Below, one piece after another: positions 18,463 through 27,716 of a stretch of 55,703 bases of DNA. The first letter of the stretch is position 1; each line of letters begins with the position of its first letter. The stretch comes from Verrucomicrobiota bacterium. Its GTDB lineage: Bacteria; Verrucomicrobiota; Verrucomicrobiia; Opitutales; Seribacteraceae. A program made the position numbers and the translations under genes. The stretch lies in the NCBI GenBank assembly GCA_027622665.1, contig JAQBYT010000026.1:1-55703 (forward strand), in the 5' to 3' direction. The notes beneath the pieces are model-generated. The model was not told the origin of the DNA and ran no database searches. It saw only the letters and a list, made by a program, of their open reading frames with translations.

Positions 18463-19602
18463 TCACACAAGAGATTCTAAATGTTCCGCAAATCGAACGG
18501 ATTGAACGCGACGATCAAGTGATGGACGAAGAGTCCGAACGTTCGTCTCCATTCGCTCTTGGCGTTCAGGGTCGTTTTTGAAGGCAACAATTGCGGATGC
18601 AATCGCCATAGGATCAGTTCGCTCGAAGGTCAATCCCACTCCTCGCTCCAAAAGAAAGGCAGACAGTTCTCCCTTAGGCGAAGTCAATACGGGCAAACCC
18701 GCACCGAGATAATCAAAAATCTTCGCTGGTAATGCCTTCCTCATCGCCTCCATCTCCTTGAGCAAACAAACGCCGAGATGGCACTCGGCCAGCAATTCCG
18801 CGAGTCTGCTTAGAGGCAACTCTCCAAGAAATTCCGTCGCGCCCCAATCGCCCGATGATCGAGCTTCTTCCAAATCGCCTGCAAGAACGAAACGAACCTC
18901 CCCATCCAACCTCTCTACCTCCAAGATCATACGCCGCAACGCATCAACCTCGTAGAAACGCCCCAATCGCCCATGATATGCGATGGTGAAACGTTGACGT
19001 TTAGGACGGCTCAAATTCTCTTCCGTAAAATGCCTGCCATCAAAACCGTTGATGACCTTGGCCACTTTCTTGGACTCAACCGATTTCTCCAAATCTTGGG
19101 TCAACCCACTCGTAACAGTAGTAACCAGTCGAGCCCCAGCATAATTTTTTGTTTCAATCCTGCGCAAAGTTGTTCCAATAAAACCCTCTGACGAAAGCAC
19201 CCCGAGATCGAACAAGACGGCTGGATAACGATCACGTACGTCGAAAACATAGGGAATACCAGCTCGCTTTGACGCCCTAGCGCAAAGGGAAGCCATAAAG
19301 AAAGGGGGGGAAGTGATCACGGCCAAGTCAAGTTTCGGACTTAATCCTTCGAGCAAACAGCCTAGGTCACGCCCAAGCCTTATCTCCTGCAAGAATCGCC
19401 ACGCCAAACCTGCTCGATTGGAAGGTGTATGGAACCGAGAATTGACGACACGGAGATTCTCCCCATTCACCTTTCCCTCCTGCGATGTCAAGATCGACAC
19501 CTCGTGCCCTCGTTGCACCATGACGTCCGACCAAGGTCCCGTTCGGGATGCGGCGGCGGCCCTTATCGGATGAAATTCGGATGTGACAATCCCAACCTTC
19601 AC
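18463..19602 (-). CDS. Glycosyltransferase family 4 (WbuB-like)
   Basis: TSPPFF, YVFDVRDRYP and LPAKIFDYLGAGLPV motifs. Confidence 0.85.
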   Translation of the reverse strand: MKVGIVTSEFHPIRAAAASRTGPWSDVMVQRGHEVSILTSQEGKVNGENLRVVNSRFHTPSNRAGLAWRFLQEIRLGRDLGCLLEGLSPKLDLAVITSPPFFMASLCARASKRAGIPYVFDVRDRYPAVLFDLGVLSSEGFIGTTLRRIETKNYAGARLVTTVTSGLTQDLEKSVESKKVAKVINGFDGRHFTEENLSRPKRQRFTIAYHGRLGRFYEVDALRRMILEVERLDGEVRFVLAGDLEEARSSGDWGATEFLGELPLSRLAELLAECHLGVCLLKEMEAMRKALPAKIFDYLGAGLPVLTSPKGELSAFLLERGVGLTFERTDPMAIASAIVAFKNDPERQERMETNVRTLRPSLDRRVQSVRFAEHLESLV

Positions 19603-20688
19603 TCACCGATGGTCAATGATTGCTTGGACAATCGTTTCGGAGGAATGCCCATCCCCGTATAGGTCGACCGACCAATCCGGATCCGAAGACAAAGCCTCCT
19701 CGGCCTTTTCGGATATAGATTCAATCATAGGGCGAGCCAACCTATTGTGTCCGCCGGGCAACAATTCGATCCATTCCGTTTCCGAACGCAAGGTTACGCA
19801 AGGAACCTTTTGAAAGAAAGCTTCCTTCTGCATTCCGCCGGAATCGGTCAGAATCAGCGACGCAGAGCTTTGCAGCTTGAGTATGTCAAGGTAACCAACC
19901 GGATCAACTATCTTGATGGCGGAGGACAGTTGATCCATAAGTTCAAACCCTTTCAAGCGGGCTAGAGTTCTGGGATGAATCGGCAGAATGACAGGAAGGC
20001 TCTCCGCAACTTGGCCCAGGCCCGCGATTAACCATTCCAGTGCGTCCCTCGAATCGACGTTCTCGGCTCGATGGAGGGTGCAAAGAGCGAATCCTTTTTT
20101 CCGCAAGCTCAACCGCTCGAGAATCGTACTTTGAGACCTCGCCGTTTCACCAAAAAGAAGAGCCGCATCGAGCATGACGTCTCCGGTTCGGACCACCTTT
20201 TCGGCGGCAATCCCCTCCCGCTTCAAACGCTTTACGGCTTCCTCGGTAGGAGCAAACAACAAGTCACAGGCATGATCGGTAAGGATACGATTGATCTCTT
20301 CGGGCATAGCTCGGTTGTCCGAACGCAAACCAGCCTCCACGTGGGCGCACGGAACATTCAGCTTCGAGGCGGCAAGGGCTCCGGCCAAGGTCGAGTTCGT
20401 GTCTCCGTAAACGAGAACGCAGTCGGGAGATTGATCCACCAGCAATTCCTCGATCTTAACTAGCATCTGGCCGGTCATGGCACCATGACCGCCTCCTGAT
20501 ATTCCAAGGTTGGCATCGGGGAGAGAGATGCCCATCTCGTCAAAGAAGACCTTTGACATGTTATCGTCGTAATGCTGGCCTGTGTGAACGAGAAACTCGC
20601 TCATCCCGGGCTTTTCCATCAAGGCCTTTGAAACTACCGCCGCCTTGACGAACTGGGGACGGGCGCCGATTACGGTTAGTACTTTCAT
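19603..20688 (-). CDS. wecB: Non-hydrolysing UDP-N-acetylhexosamine 2-epimerase, WbpI/WlbD-like
   Basis: IGARPQFVKA, HTGQHYD, GDTNSTLAGALAASKL, HVEAGLRS and TDSGGMQKEA; the ARPQF.K variant is typical of the WbpI subgroup. Confidence 0.85.
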   Translation of the reverse strand: MKVLTVIGARPQFVKAAVVSKALMEKPGMSEFLVHTGQHYDDNMSKVFFDEMGISLPDANLGISGGGHGAMTGQMLVKIEELLVDQSPDCVLVYGDTNSTLAGALAASKLNVPCAHVEAGLRSDNRAMPEEINRILTDHACDLLFAPTEEAVKRLKREGIAAEKVVRTGDVMLDAALLFGETARSQSTILERLSLRKKGFALCTLHRAENVDSRDALEWLIAGLGQVAESLPVILPIHPRTLARLKGFELMDQLSSAIKIVDPVGYLDILKLQSSASLILTDSGGMQKEAFFQKVPCVTLRSETEWIELLPGGHNRLARPMIESISEKAEEALSSDPDWSVDLYGDGHSSETIVQAIIDHR

Positions 20689-20712
20689 CTGGGGATTACC
20701 AAGGTCCGCTGA

Positions 20713-22020
20713 TTATTTACCAAAATGTCCATACACCTTCTTCTTAAGCAAAGTAACACCTATGAGAAATTTAAACCAGTGAGGAAGATGCTTCCAAATC
20801 AATCTCTTGTAATGAAGCAGAGAATCCCTCAAGCTTCCGAAACGGTTATGAATCGCATCCGAGGTTTCGCTTGGTGAAGAAGGCAAGAAAACCTCTTCCC
20901 CCGAAGGTTTCCAGTTCTTTTGCACACCCAGTTTCTCAACCTCCGAATCGAAGTTCTCGACGAACTGCCGATAGGAGCATTTCCCCGAGTCCACCAGGTC
21001 TTTGCGGGCATTAGCGACAATTCTCTCCAGAAGTTGGTGATCGCCAAGTTGCCTGATTACCTCACCAATGTTTGAAAAATCCTTCTCCAACATCAGGTAG
21101 TGACGTCCAGCCTCGAGCAATCCGGAATACTCTCCCGGGTACATGATCATGACCGTACCGAGAGCAGCAGCCTCAAAACACCTAGGTGAGATGACTTGCA
21201 GCTCGATTTTTCCATCATGTTCAAGCAGTTTCTCGGGCACGTCTTCGAATTTCGCAAAAGGACGGAATGCCTGCCAGCGGTTCAAGTTGTACTCGACCCT
21301 TCCCGTGAAATCAATAATGCTAGCGCCGCTTTCGGTTCCTAGGGTTGCCCTGCAATCGGAAACAAACTCTACCCACTTGGAACCGTATATCCTGTCCTTC
21401 TCGTTCGCGGAAACGTCGCATTTGAGGTCGGTCTTTTTCGCATACTCAAGAAAAAGCTTCCCGATGACGTACTTCTCGTGGCTTTTTCTTCCAAGCCAAA
21501 AAGGACACTTTCTGGCCCGATAACCCACGTCGATACTTCTTTCGGCAATGGATTGGGTCTTCACTCCAACCAACTTTTCCGGAACATAGCCTGTAAGAGT
21601 AGGCAACAGCTTCACCTCCCCCACCAAGGCCGCATAAATTTGCTCAGACACCCCTCGGGGAGCACAAGTGAAGACGGCATCGAGTTTAGCGTACTTGATC
21701 TTCTCGCAAACGAAGTTGACCCTCCTGTATTCGTCTTGGATGAACAGGACCTTCATGCCTGGAAAGCCCCGGATCCTATCCAATGATTCACTAGGAATGT
21801 AGGCATCATATAGAAGTGACAGAGTGTAGTGAATGACAATGCAATCGATTTTACTCAGCACCACTTCTCCCGGCAAACCGTTCATGGATGACCAAAGCAA
21901 AAAATTATGACGGGAGTACTTGGCAAAGGCATCGATGTGATCGATGACGGTCCCGGCATTTTCAGACTCACTCGGGCGATTGCAATAAAGCAAAATATTT
22001 AGTTTGGGGTAGTCAGCCAT
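20713..22020 (-). CDS. Uncharacterised glycosyltransferase-like protein (CgeB/GT1_2-like C-terminus)
   Basis: QDEY, TLTGYVP, RSIDVGYR, ISPRCFEAAALG and GRHYL.LEKDFSN; paralogue at 52459-53703. Confidence 0.55.
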   Translation of the reverse strand: MADYPKLNILLYCNRPSESENAGTVIDHIDAFAKYSRHNFLLWSSMNGLPGEVVLSKIDCIVIHYTLSLLYDAYIPSESLDRIRGFPGMKVLFIQDEYRRVNFVCEKIKYAKLDAVFTCAPRGVSEQIYAALVGEVKLLPTLTGYVPEKLVGVKTQSIAERSIDVGYRARKCPFWLGRKSHEKYVIGKLFLEYAKKTDLKCDVSANEKDRIYGSKWVEFVSDCRATLGTESGASIIDFTGRVEYNLNRWQAFRPFAKFEDVPEKLLEHDGKIELQVISPRCFEAAALGTVMIMYPGEYSGLLEAGRHYLMLEKDFSNIGEVIRQLGDHQLLERIVANARKDLVDSGKCSYRQFVENFDSEVEKLGVQKNWKPSGEEVFLPSSPSETSDAIHNRFGSLRDSLLHYKRLIWKHLPHWFKFLIGVTLLKKKVYGHFGK

Positions 22021-22075
22021 AACTTCGCTTCTTCAAAAAAGGCGACAAGTGAAAGCATTAAAGGCGACGAGCAAT

Positions 22076-23140
22076 CTAGGTGAAATTGGACAGGAAAGGA
22101 GTGTGACGATCCATGCAAATGCGAATGAAATCCCGGTTTTCTCGGGTCCAATCAACCAATCGGGGTATACCTTCGGAAACCTCAATCTTTGCCTCAAAAC
22201 CCAGATCAGCCTTGGCCTTTTCGGTGCTACCAAAACGCTTTCCAGAGCGATCCCAGTCACGGGCAGGCAGCAATTCAGGAGGTGTCGGATTCTTAGCAGC
22301 CTCATTGATGAGCATGGCCAACTCGGCAATGGTCGTCTCCCTGCCCGATGCCAAATTATAGACCTCTGCGGGTTTACCAGCCAAAGCGCATCTCATCAAT
22401 CCATTGGCCATATCCTCGACGAAGATGAAATCCCGACTTGATCTTCCTTCGTTCTCCAAGGGCAAAGCCTCATGATTGAGAGATTTCCAGACGAACGTAG
22501 GGGTAACGTTTCTCCAAACCGTATGCGGAGTACCCCGCCAACATCCGGCACCAAGAATCTCACGAGGACCATATACATTTTGAAAACGAGCTTTGACGAA
22601 GGGCAGACCGTGAGCTCGATGATAATAATTTCCGTACATTTCCCCAATCAGTTTCGATATGGAATAGGGGGAATCGTGAAAAAGGGAAACGGGGGCTTCC
22701 TCGGTTGTGGCGACGGCGTCCTCATAGGTCTTCTCAGCCACCGCGCAGCCAGCGGCCGCATAGACTACTTTTCGAAGGCTCTCAATTTCCTTGAGTCGCT
22801 CAAAGAGCTTAAGCGTGGTCAAAGTATTGTTCTCATGATCCGCCAAAGGATTTGCAATCGAGGACTGGTTTCCATGATAGCAAGCCAAGTGAAAAGCGTA
22901 GTCAAGGTCATCGGGAAGGCAACGAAGGATGGCATCATCAGTTATGGAACCACAAACGAATCGAACGCTTGGGTCAACAGGGACATTGGATACCTCCGAG
23001 GAGAGCAGATTATCCACCACGATTATCTCTGCCGGATCATGCTCCAGGAGCTTGATGACGAGGTTGGAACCAACGAAACCCGCTCCCCCTACAACGAGAA
23101 TCTTGGTGTTCTTAAAAGTATCTTCGTTCATAAAAGTCAA
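22076..23140 (-). CDS. wbmF: WbmF-like extended SDR (nucleotide-sugar 3,5-epimerase candidate)
   Basis: YHGNQSSI..PLADHENNTLTTLKL, AAGC, RFQNVYGP.EILGAG.WRGTP.TVWRNVTPTF and WD.SGKRFGS match Bordetella WbmF as I recall it. Confidence 0.85.
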   Translation of the reverse strand: MTFMNEDTFKNTKILVVGGAGFVGSNLVIKLLEHDPAEIIVVDNLLSSEVSNVPVDPSVRFVCGSITDDAILRCLPDDLDYAFHLACYHGNQSSIANPLADHENNTLTTLKLFERLKEIESLRKVVYAAAGCAVAEKTYEDAVATTEEAPVSLFHDSPYSISKLIGEMYGNYYHRAHGLPFVKARFQNVYGPREILGAGCWRGTPHTVWRNVTPTFVWKSLNHEALPLENEGRSSRDFIFVEDMANGLMRCALAGKPAEVYNLASGRETTIAELAMLINEAAKNPTPPELLPARDWDRSGKRFGSTEKAKADLGFEAKIEVSEGIPRLVDWTRENRDFIRICMDRHTPFLSNFT

Positions 23141-23151
23141 AATTTGAGGTA

Positions 23152-24084
23152 TTAGCTTTTCGGTTCGGCCAAATGGCTGTGAATAGCCGAGACTCCATGC
23201 TCGTCATACCAAGCAAGCATACGACGAATAGTCTCCTCGAAACCAACCTGAGCCTTCCATCCCAACACCTTTTCGGTCTCCGAAGGATCAAGCACAACAT
23301 CCGGAACGTCGTCCGAACCCGGAGGAACCACGGGAGGAGGTGCATCGGGCACTATCCCCAAGTAGGAAGAGACTACATCGAAAACGTCCAGTATCGAACG
23401 GGACTCACCGGTCGAGACGTTAAAGACTCCGCTTGGCGCCTCGTTCTTCATGACTATTTCCATGATGGAAATAAAATCCTCCATATCGAGAAAATCCCGT
23501 CGAGTATCACTGCAAAAACAAGATTTTCCCGCCTTTAGTCTCTGATAAAAAGTAGGGATGGGCCCAATAGCCAAACGTGGACCGGTTACGTTTGCAAGGC
23601 GCAGGGAAATAACCGGAAGACCTGAATTGATCAAGTATCGCTCCCCTGCAGTCTTGGAAATGCCATAGCTTGTGAAAGGCCGCTCCGGATGATCCGCGGG
23701 TATTGGAGTCCGCTCAGGTCTACCGTAACAGAGGGCAGTTTGGAAATTGATTATTCTGCGTACCCCGACCCTAGCGGCTGCCTTGGCCACATGGATCGAG
23801 CCAATCACGTTAGTGACGGCATCCTCCTCCCAGTCTTCGGGATCTTTGTAGGCGGCTGCCGAATGAATCACCACTTCAGGAGAAAACTCATCAAAACAAC
23901 GGTCAATCAAATCCCCATCGGCTACGCTTCCTTCCACAACCCTCAAACCGCCCACAAGTGGCACAACCTCCCTTTTCCCCGTAGCGAAGTTGTCTATGAC
24001 GAGAATTTCGTAACCCTTGGGCAACAACTTTTCAATTAGATTTGAGCCGAGGCAACCAGCTCCTCCGGTAATTATTATTCGCAT
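23152..24084 (-). CDS. wbmG: WbmG-like extended SDR
   Basis: TGGAGCLGSNLIE, DNFATGKREV, HSAAAYKDP.DW, NFQTALCYGRP and RLANVTGPRLAIGPIPTFY.RLKAG match Bordetella WbmG as I recall it. Confidence 0.85.
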   Translation of the reverse strand: MRIIITGGAGCLGSNLIEKLLPKGYEILVIDNFATGKREVVPLVGGLRVVEGSVADGDLIDRCFDEFSPEVVIHSAAAYKDPEDWEEDAVTNVIGSIHVAKAAARVGVRRIINFQTALCYGRPERTPIPADHPERPFTSYGISKTAGERYLINSGLPVISLRLANVTGPRLAIGPIPTFYQRLKAGKSCFCSDTRRDFLDMEDFISIMEIVMKNEAPSGVFNVSTGESRSILDVFDVVSSYLGIVPDAPPPVVPPGSDDVPDVVLDPSETEKVLGWKAQVGFEETIRRMLAWYDEHGVSAIHSHLAEPKS

Positions 24085-24087
24085 AAT

Positions 24088-24894
24088 TTATTTCGTGAGC
24101 TTGGCATATAAATCAAGCCCTAGCAAAGGTCCAAGAATTTTAAGCTTCCAACTTCTCGGGAAGAAACGCAAAAACAACTCGTCGCCTATGTTTGCCTTGA
24201 CGATCTCAATTTTCGAAAACAAAGGGCGAAGGATTGCCTTGAGACCGAAAGAACCGACGAAGTCAGTTGCCGAAGCTGACTCCTTCTCAAGATTGCTATC
24301 ATAAAGCACACGTTCCTCTTCTTCTCCTCTTCGAGGAATAGTTCTTTCTTTCCTTTGGCGGAAATATTGCCTGAACGTCGAAACGGGAGACAAGAAAAGT
24401 TGGCGGTAAGAAAAAGCATTATAGACCATGATCAAGCAATTGCCTCCAGGCTTTAGAATTCGGTGCACTTCTTTGATTCCCTTGGCTAGATCTCCCGTAT
24501 GATGAAGGCAACCAATGGAAACAACCCCGTCGAAAGACGAATCGTCCCAAGGACAATCCAGTACGCTTCCCTGAATCACCTCTCCGGGAAACCCCTTCTC
24601 CTTCAACCTTCCCCTGACCAGTTCTACTGGTCCCTTCGCAAGATCCAGTCCGTAAAAAGAAGCACCAGACTCCATTATCTTTTGTGAAACTGAACCATAG
24701 CCCAAACCGACTTTCAAAATCTTTTTCCCGGCAAAAGAATCGAATGGAATAATATTGCTCAAGTAGGGATACTTGTAATCGAAAAACCAATCATCGAATT
24801 GCGAAAGGGAATTAAAACCAAGAGACTTGAAGTGAGATTCACCGCAAGGCTGATCCCAAAAAGTTTCGTTCGCTAAATCCGTTTCCTTGGGCAT
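24088..24894 (-). CDS. Class I SAM-dependent methyltransferase
   Basis: ILKVGLGYG motif I, FDGVVSIGCLHH and EVHRILKPGG. Start placed at ATG 24894 to avoid overlapping the upstream gene. Confidence 0.8.
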   Translation of the reverse strand: MPKETDLANETFWDQPCGESHFKSLGFNSLSQFDDWFFDYKYPYLSNIIPFDSFAGKKILKVGLGYGSVSQKIMESGASFYGLDLAKGPVELVRGRLKEKGFPGEVIQGSVLDCPWDDSSFDGVVSIGCLHHTGDLAKGIKEVHRILKPGGNCLIMVYNAFSYRQLFLSPVSTFRQYFRQRKERTIPRRGEEEERVLYDSNLEKESASATDFVGSFGLKAILRPLFSKIEIVKANIGDELFLRFFPRSWKLKILGPLLGLDLYAKLTK

Positions 24895-24917
24895 TAAACA
24901 GACAAATTGGGAAACAT

Positions 24918-25826
24918 CTATTTTTTCGTCGCCCCCACTAGGATTTCGAGAGGTTGATGAAGAATTCGTACAGGCCACTGAAAAGAATTCCTCATCTTCC
25001 GGTTAAAGTGATGCACTTCAGATCCATAAAAGCCGGAAAGAGCGAAAAGTTTACCCAGTACCCTCGACACTAGCGAAGGCAGGCCCAATTTCAAGCGATG
25101 AGCCTGGAAACCGAACTTATTGCAGGAAAAGGAACCAAAACCTGCTTCCTTAAGCTGGGCGCAGAGCGATGATTTATCAAAAAAACGAAGGTGCGCGAAC
25201 TCGTATTTTTGACCATTGTATATGCTGTATTGACCCAGAACCTCTTCATTGGGTACGCGACACCAAAAGCGGCCATTTGTCTTCAGCATTCGAGAGATGC
25301 GAGAAAGAGCGTTACCATGATTCAGAACATGTTCCAAAATGTCAGTGGCGACTACAACGTCGAAACTCTCTCGGTAAGGCATGAACTCCACGTTTCCGAC
25401 CGAGGTAAGGAAGGAAGTCGATTCGTTTCCCGAACTCTCGTAAATATGGCGAACGTTCCGAACATAGTTCTCGGCAATGTCCAGCGCCAGCAAACTCTTG
25501 GGCTTGGCTTCTAGCAAATGCCTTTGGAGGAAGCCCTGCCCCACGCCAAGTTCTGCCACTTCGAGCCCCGAAACCGAACCAATGCACGAGTATGTTTCAC
25601 GAGCAAGGTCACGTTGGTATTCCTCTGCATAAATGGATGAAGCAAGATCATCCTCCGCCAATCCTTCATAGGCATCTTCGTAAGAATCATAGATTCCCTT
25701 TGGTTCCCCTACTCGACGGAAATGGTGTTTGCCTCCAAGTGTGGTTTCGACAACGAATCCACACTCGGGACATGCTCCACCTTCTTCGGGCAGACTGAAT
25801 TCATGAAAGGGGCACTCGAGGTTCAC
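24918..25826 (-). CDS. Class I SAM-dependent methyltransferase with N-terminal Cys/His (Zn-finger-like) segment
   Basis: CPFH...CPECG N-terminus; VAELGVGQG, FDVVVATDILEHV and RMLKTNG motifs. Confidence 0.8.
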   Translation of the reverse strand: MNLECPFHEFSLPEEGGACPECGFVVETTLGGKHHFRRVGEPKGIYDSYEDAYEGLAEDDLASSIYAEEYQRDLARETYSCIGSVSGLEVAELGVGQGFLQRHLLEAKPKSLLALDIAENYVRNVRHIYESSGNESTSFLTSVGNVEFMPYRESFDVVVATDILEHVLNHGNALSRISRMLKTNGRFWCRVPNEEVLGQYSIYNGQKYEFAHLRFFDKSSLCAQLKEAGFGSFSCNKFGFQAHRLKLGLPSLVSRVLGKLFALSGFYGSEVHHFNRKMRNSFQWPVRILHQPLEILVGATKK

Positions 25827-25851
25827 GGTGAAAGACTGAAGGAAAGTTCGA

Positions 25852-26787
25852 TTACTTGTCGTGCTTCAAGTGGGTGTAACCGCCGGATGCTCCGAACTCA
25901 CGGAAGTAATCTATTCCAGCCTGAGCGGTTTCAGAAAGAGGAGTAAACTCCATCTCTCCGAAATCCTCAACGGTGCGGGACGGATCCAGGAGGATGGATG
26001 GAGCGTCATCCGGGCCCAATTCCCGGATTTCGGGTTCGGGATACTCGGGCAAGTCCATGGCCTCCACCACGGCATCATACAATTCCTTTATGGCAACGTC
26101 CTTGCCGGAGGAAAAGTGATAAGCCCCGGAACCAGTCCCGTCGATTGCCCGCAAGACAGCTCGGCAAAGGTCTCCCACGAAGACGAAATCTCGACGGGCC
26201 ATTGTTACAAAGCATTTTTTCCCATCGGTCAGTCTTTGATAAAAAATGGGGAGCGGCCCCGAGACGTTACGAGGGCCAATCACATTGGCTAACCGGAAGG
26301 TCACGTAATCCAGACCCGAGATCTCGATGTAATCCTCGGCCGCGGTCTTGGAGATCGCATACGAGGAATTGGCCGGGAATTTCGGGTGATTGAGTGTGAT
26401 CGGTTGCTCGAGGGGTTTGACCCCGTAACAAAGGGCAGTCTGGAAATAAATGAAGCGAGAAACCTCGTTGGCCAAGGCGGCCCGGACCAGGTTGGCTCCA
26501 CCTACGCAATTGGTCAGGGTATCGTTGTGCCAATCATCGGGATCTTTGTAGGAAGCAGCCGTGTGAACGATGGCATGGGGCTTGAATTCTGAGGCCAATT
26601 TGTCAACGAGTTCCTTGTCGGCAATGCTTCCCTCCACGAAAGTCAGACCGGGATGTGATTCCGGGAGATGAATTCGCCTGCCAGTGGCAAAGTTATCGAC
26701 AGCAAGGACTTCGTCGCCTCGCTCCAAGAGCATTTCCGTTGTGCGGGAACCGATTTGCCCACATCCTCCAGAGATTAATATTTTCAT
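25852..26787 (-). CDS. wbmH: WbmH-like extended SDR
   Basis: CGQIGS, HTAASYKDPDDW.NDTLTNCVGG, PANSSYAISK, GPRNVSGPLPIF and PEPEIRELGPDDAPSILLDPSRT match Bordetella WbmH as I recall it. Confidence 0.85.
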   Translation of the reverse strand: MKILISGGCGQIGSRTTEMLLERGDEVLAVDNFATGRRIHLPESHPGLTFVEGSIADKELVDKLASEFKPHAIVHTAASYKDPDDWHNDTLTNCVGGANLVRAALANEVSRFIYFQTALCYGVKPLEQPITLNHPKFPANSSYAISKTAAEDYIEISGLDYVTFRLANVIGPRNVSGPLPIFYQRLTDGKKCFVTMARRDFVFVGDLCRAVLRAIDGTGSGAYHFSSGKDVAIKELYDAVVEAMDLPEYPEPEIRELGPDDAPSILLDPSRTVEDFGEMEFTPLSETAQAGIDYFREFGASGGYTHLKHDK

Positions 26788-27698
26788 GCAGATATTTGTT
26801 GTTTGCTAAAAGTAAAACAGGCGTTGATTCCTGCGATCTCTCCCTTATGCAAAGGAAAACCGCGCGGGTCAAAGGTTAGATTGGAAATAAAATCCCTGTG
26901 TTCGGGGGGAAAGCTTCGGTCTGCCAAGGCATCAAATCGATGATCCATGCATCCTAACTCGTGGAGCGACATGGCATTCCCAGTGTGGGAACCAATGAAG
27001 CCGGCTTTTGAGAAAAGGTCTATGAACTCCTTCTTTTCATAGCATCGAGAAATCGGGCACTCCTTGCCGTCCGTGGTCAACCGAAACGCTTCACGAGTGG
27101 AGAGATCTTTGTTTTTTTTCCATTTCAGTTTCCACATATAGCCAACATATAGGTGAAACCATACGCTCTCCGAATTATAGATCATCACGGATACTTGACC
27201 CGTTGGCTTAAGTATTCGATAAAACTCCTCGAGGATCCGGTCAAGATTAAGGCAGTGATGAAGAACGCCGGAGGTGTGGATATAATCGACGGACTCACTA
27301 TCCAAGGGCAGCTTGTTTTCGACCTCATCGAGTTGAACTAGCTCGACGGGGGCTTCATGCAATTCGATTCGTTGGCTTGCTACCTGAAGGGCTGGTGCGG
27401 AAACATCCATTCCGTAAAGCTTGGAAGGTTTGGAAAAAACGGAGAACCCCACAAGGTCATTCCCCGGCCCGCATCCATAGTCGACCACGACTTTCCCATC
27501 CTGCCCACCGACAGGCATAAGATCGATATATCCAGGATATTGGGCATTTCTCCAGTGGAAATGCTCAAGGGATTCTTGTTTTGTCCGGAATGGGCGAGTG
27601 GCCACCAAGCTCGCATTCCAGTAGGCCGCGGATCCTTTTCCAGAGGCAAGCCAACGCTTGATTTTCCTCGATAGATGGACGGCGATTTTTGTTAACAT
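26784..27698 (-). CDS. Class I SAM-dependent methyltransferase
   Basis: VVDYGCGPG, DYIHTSGVLHH and EFYRILKPTG motifs. Confidence 0.85.
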   Translation of the reverse strand: MLTKIAVHLSRKIKRWLASGKGSAAYWNASLVATRPFRTKQESLEHFHWRNAQYPGYIDLMPVGGQDGKVVVDYGCGPGNDLVGFSVFSKPSKLYGMDVSAPALQVASQRIELHEAPVELVQLDEVENKLPLDSESVDYIHTSGVLHHCLNLDRILEEFYRILKPTGQVSVMIYNSESVWFHLYVGYMWKLKWKKNKDLSTREAFRLTTDGKECPISRCYEKKEFIDLFSKAGFIGSHTGNAMSLHELGCMDHRFDALADRSFPPEHRDFISNLTFDPRGFPLHKGEIAGINACFTFSKQQISA

Positions 27699-27716
27699 GG
27701 AATAGAGAAACGCAAC

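Noticed and set aside
19304..19310. Homopolymer tracts as phase-variation switches (G7 here; T8 at 27112-27119 and 54002-54009; A9 at 9954-9962 in fmt)
   Set aside because: The tracts are short, the frames are intact, and similar runs occur in housekeeping genes.
25593..25608. TGTTTCACGAGCAAGG, a partial parS-like sequence
   Set aside because: Only one half-site matches, it is not palindromic, and it lies inside a horizontally variable gene.
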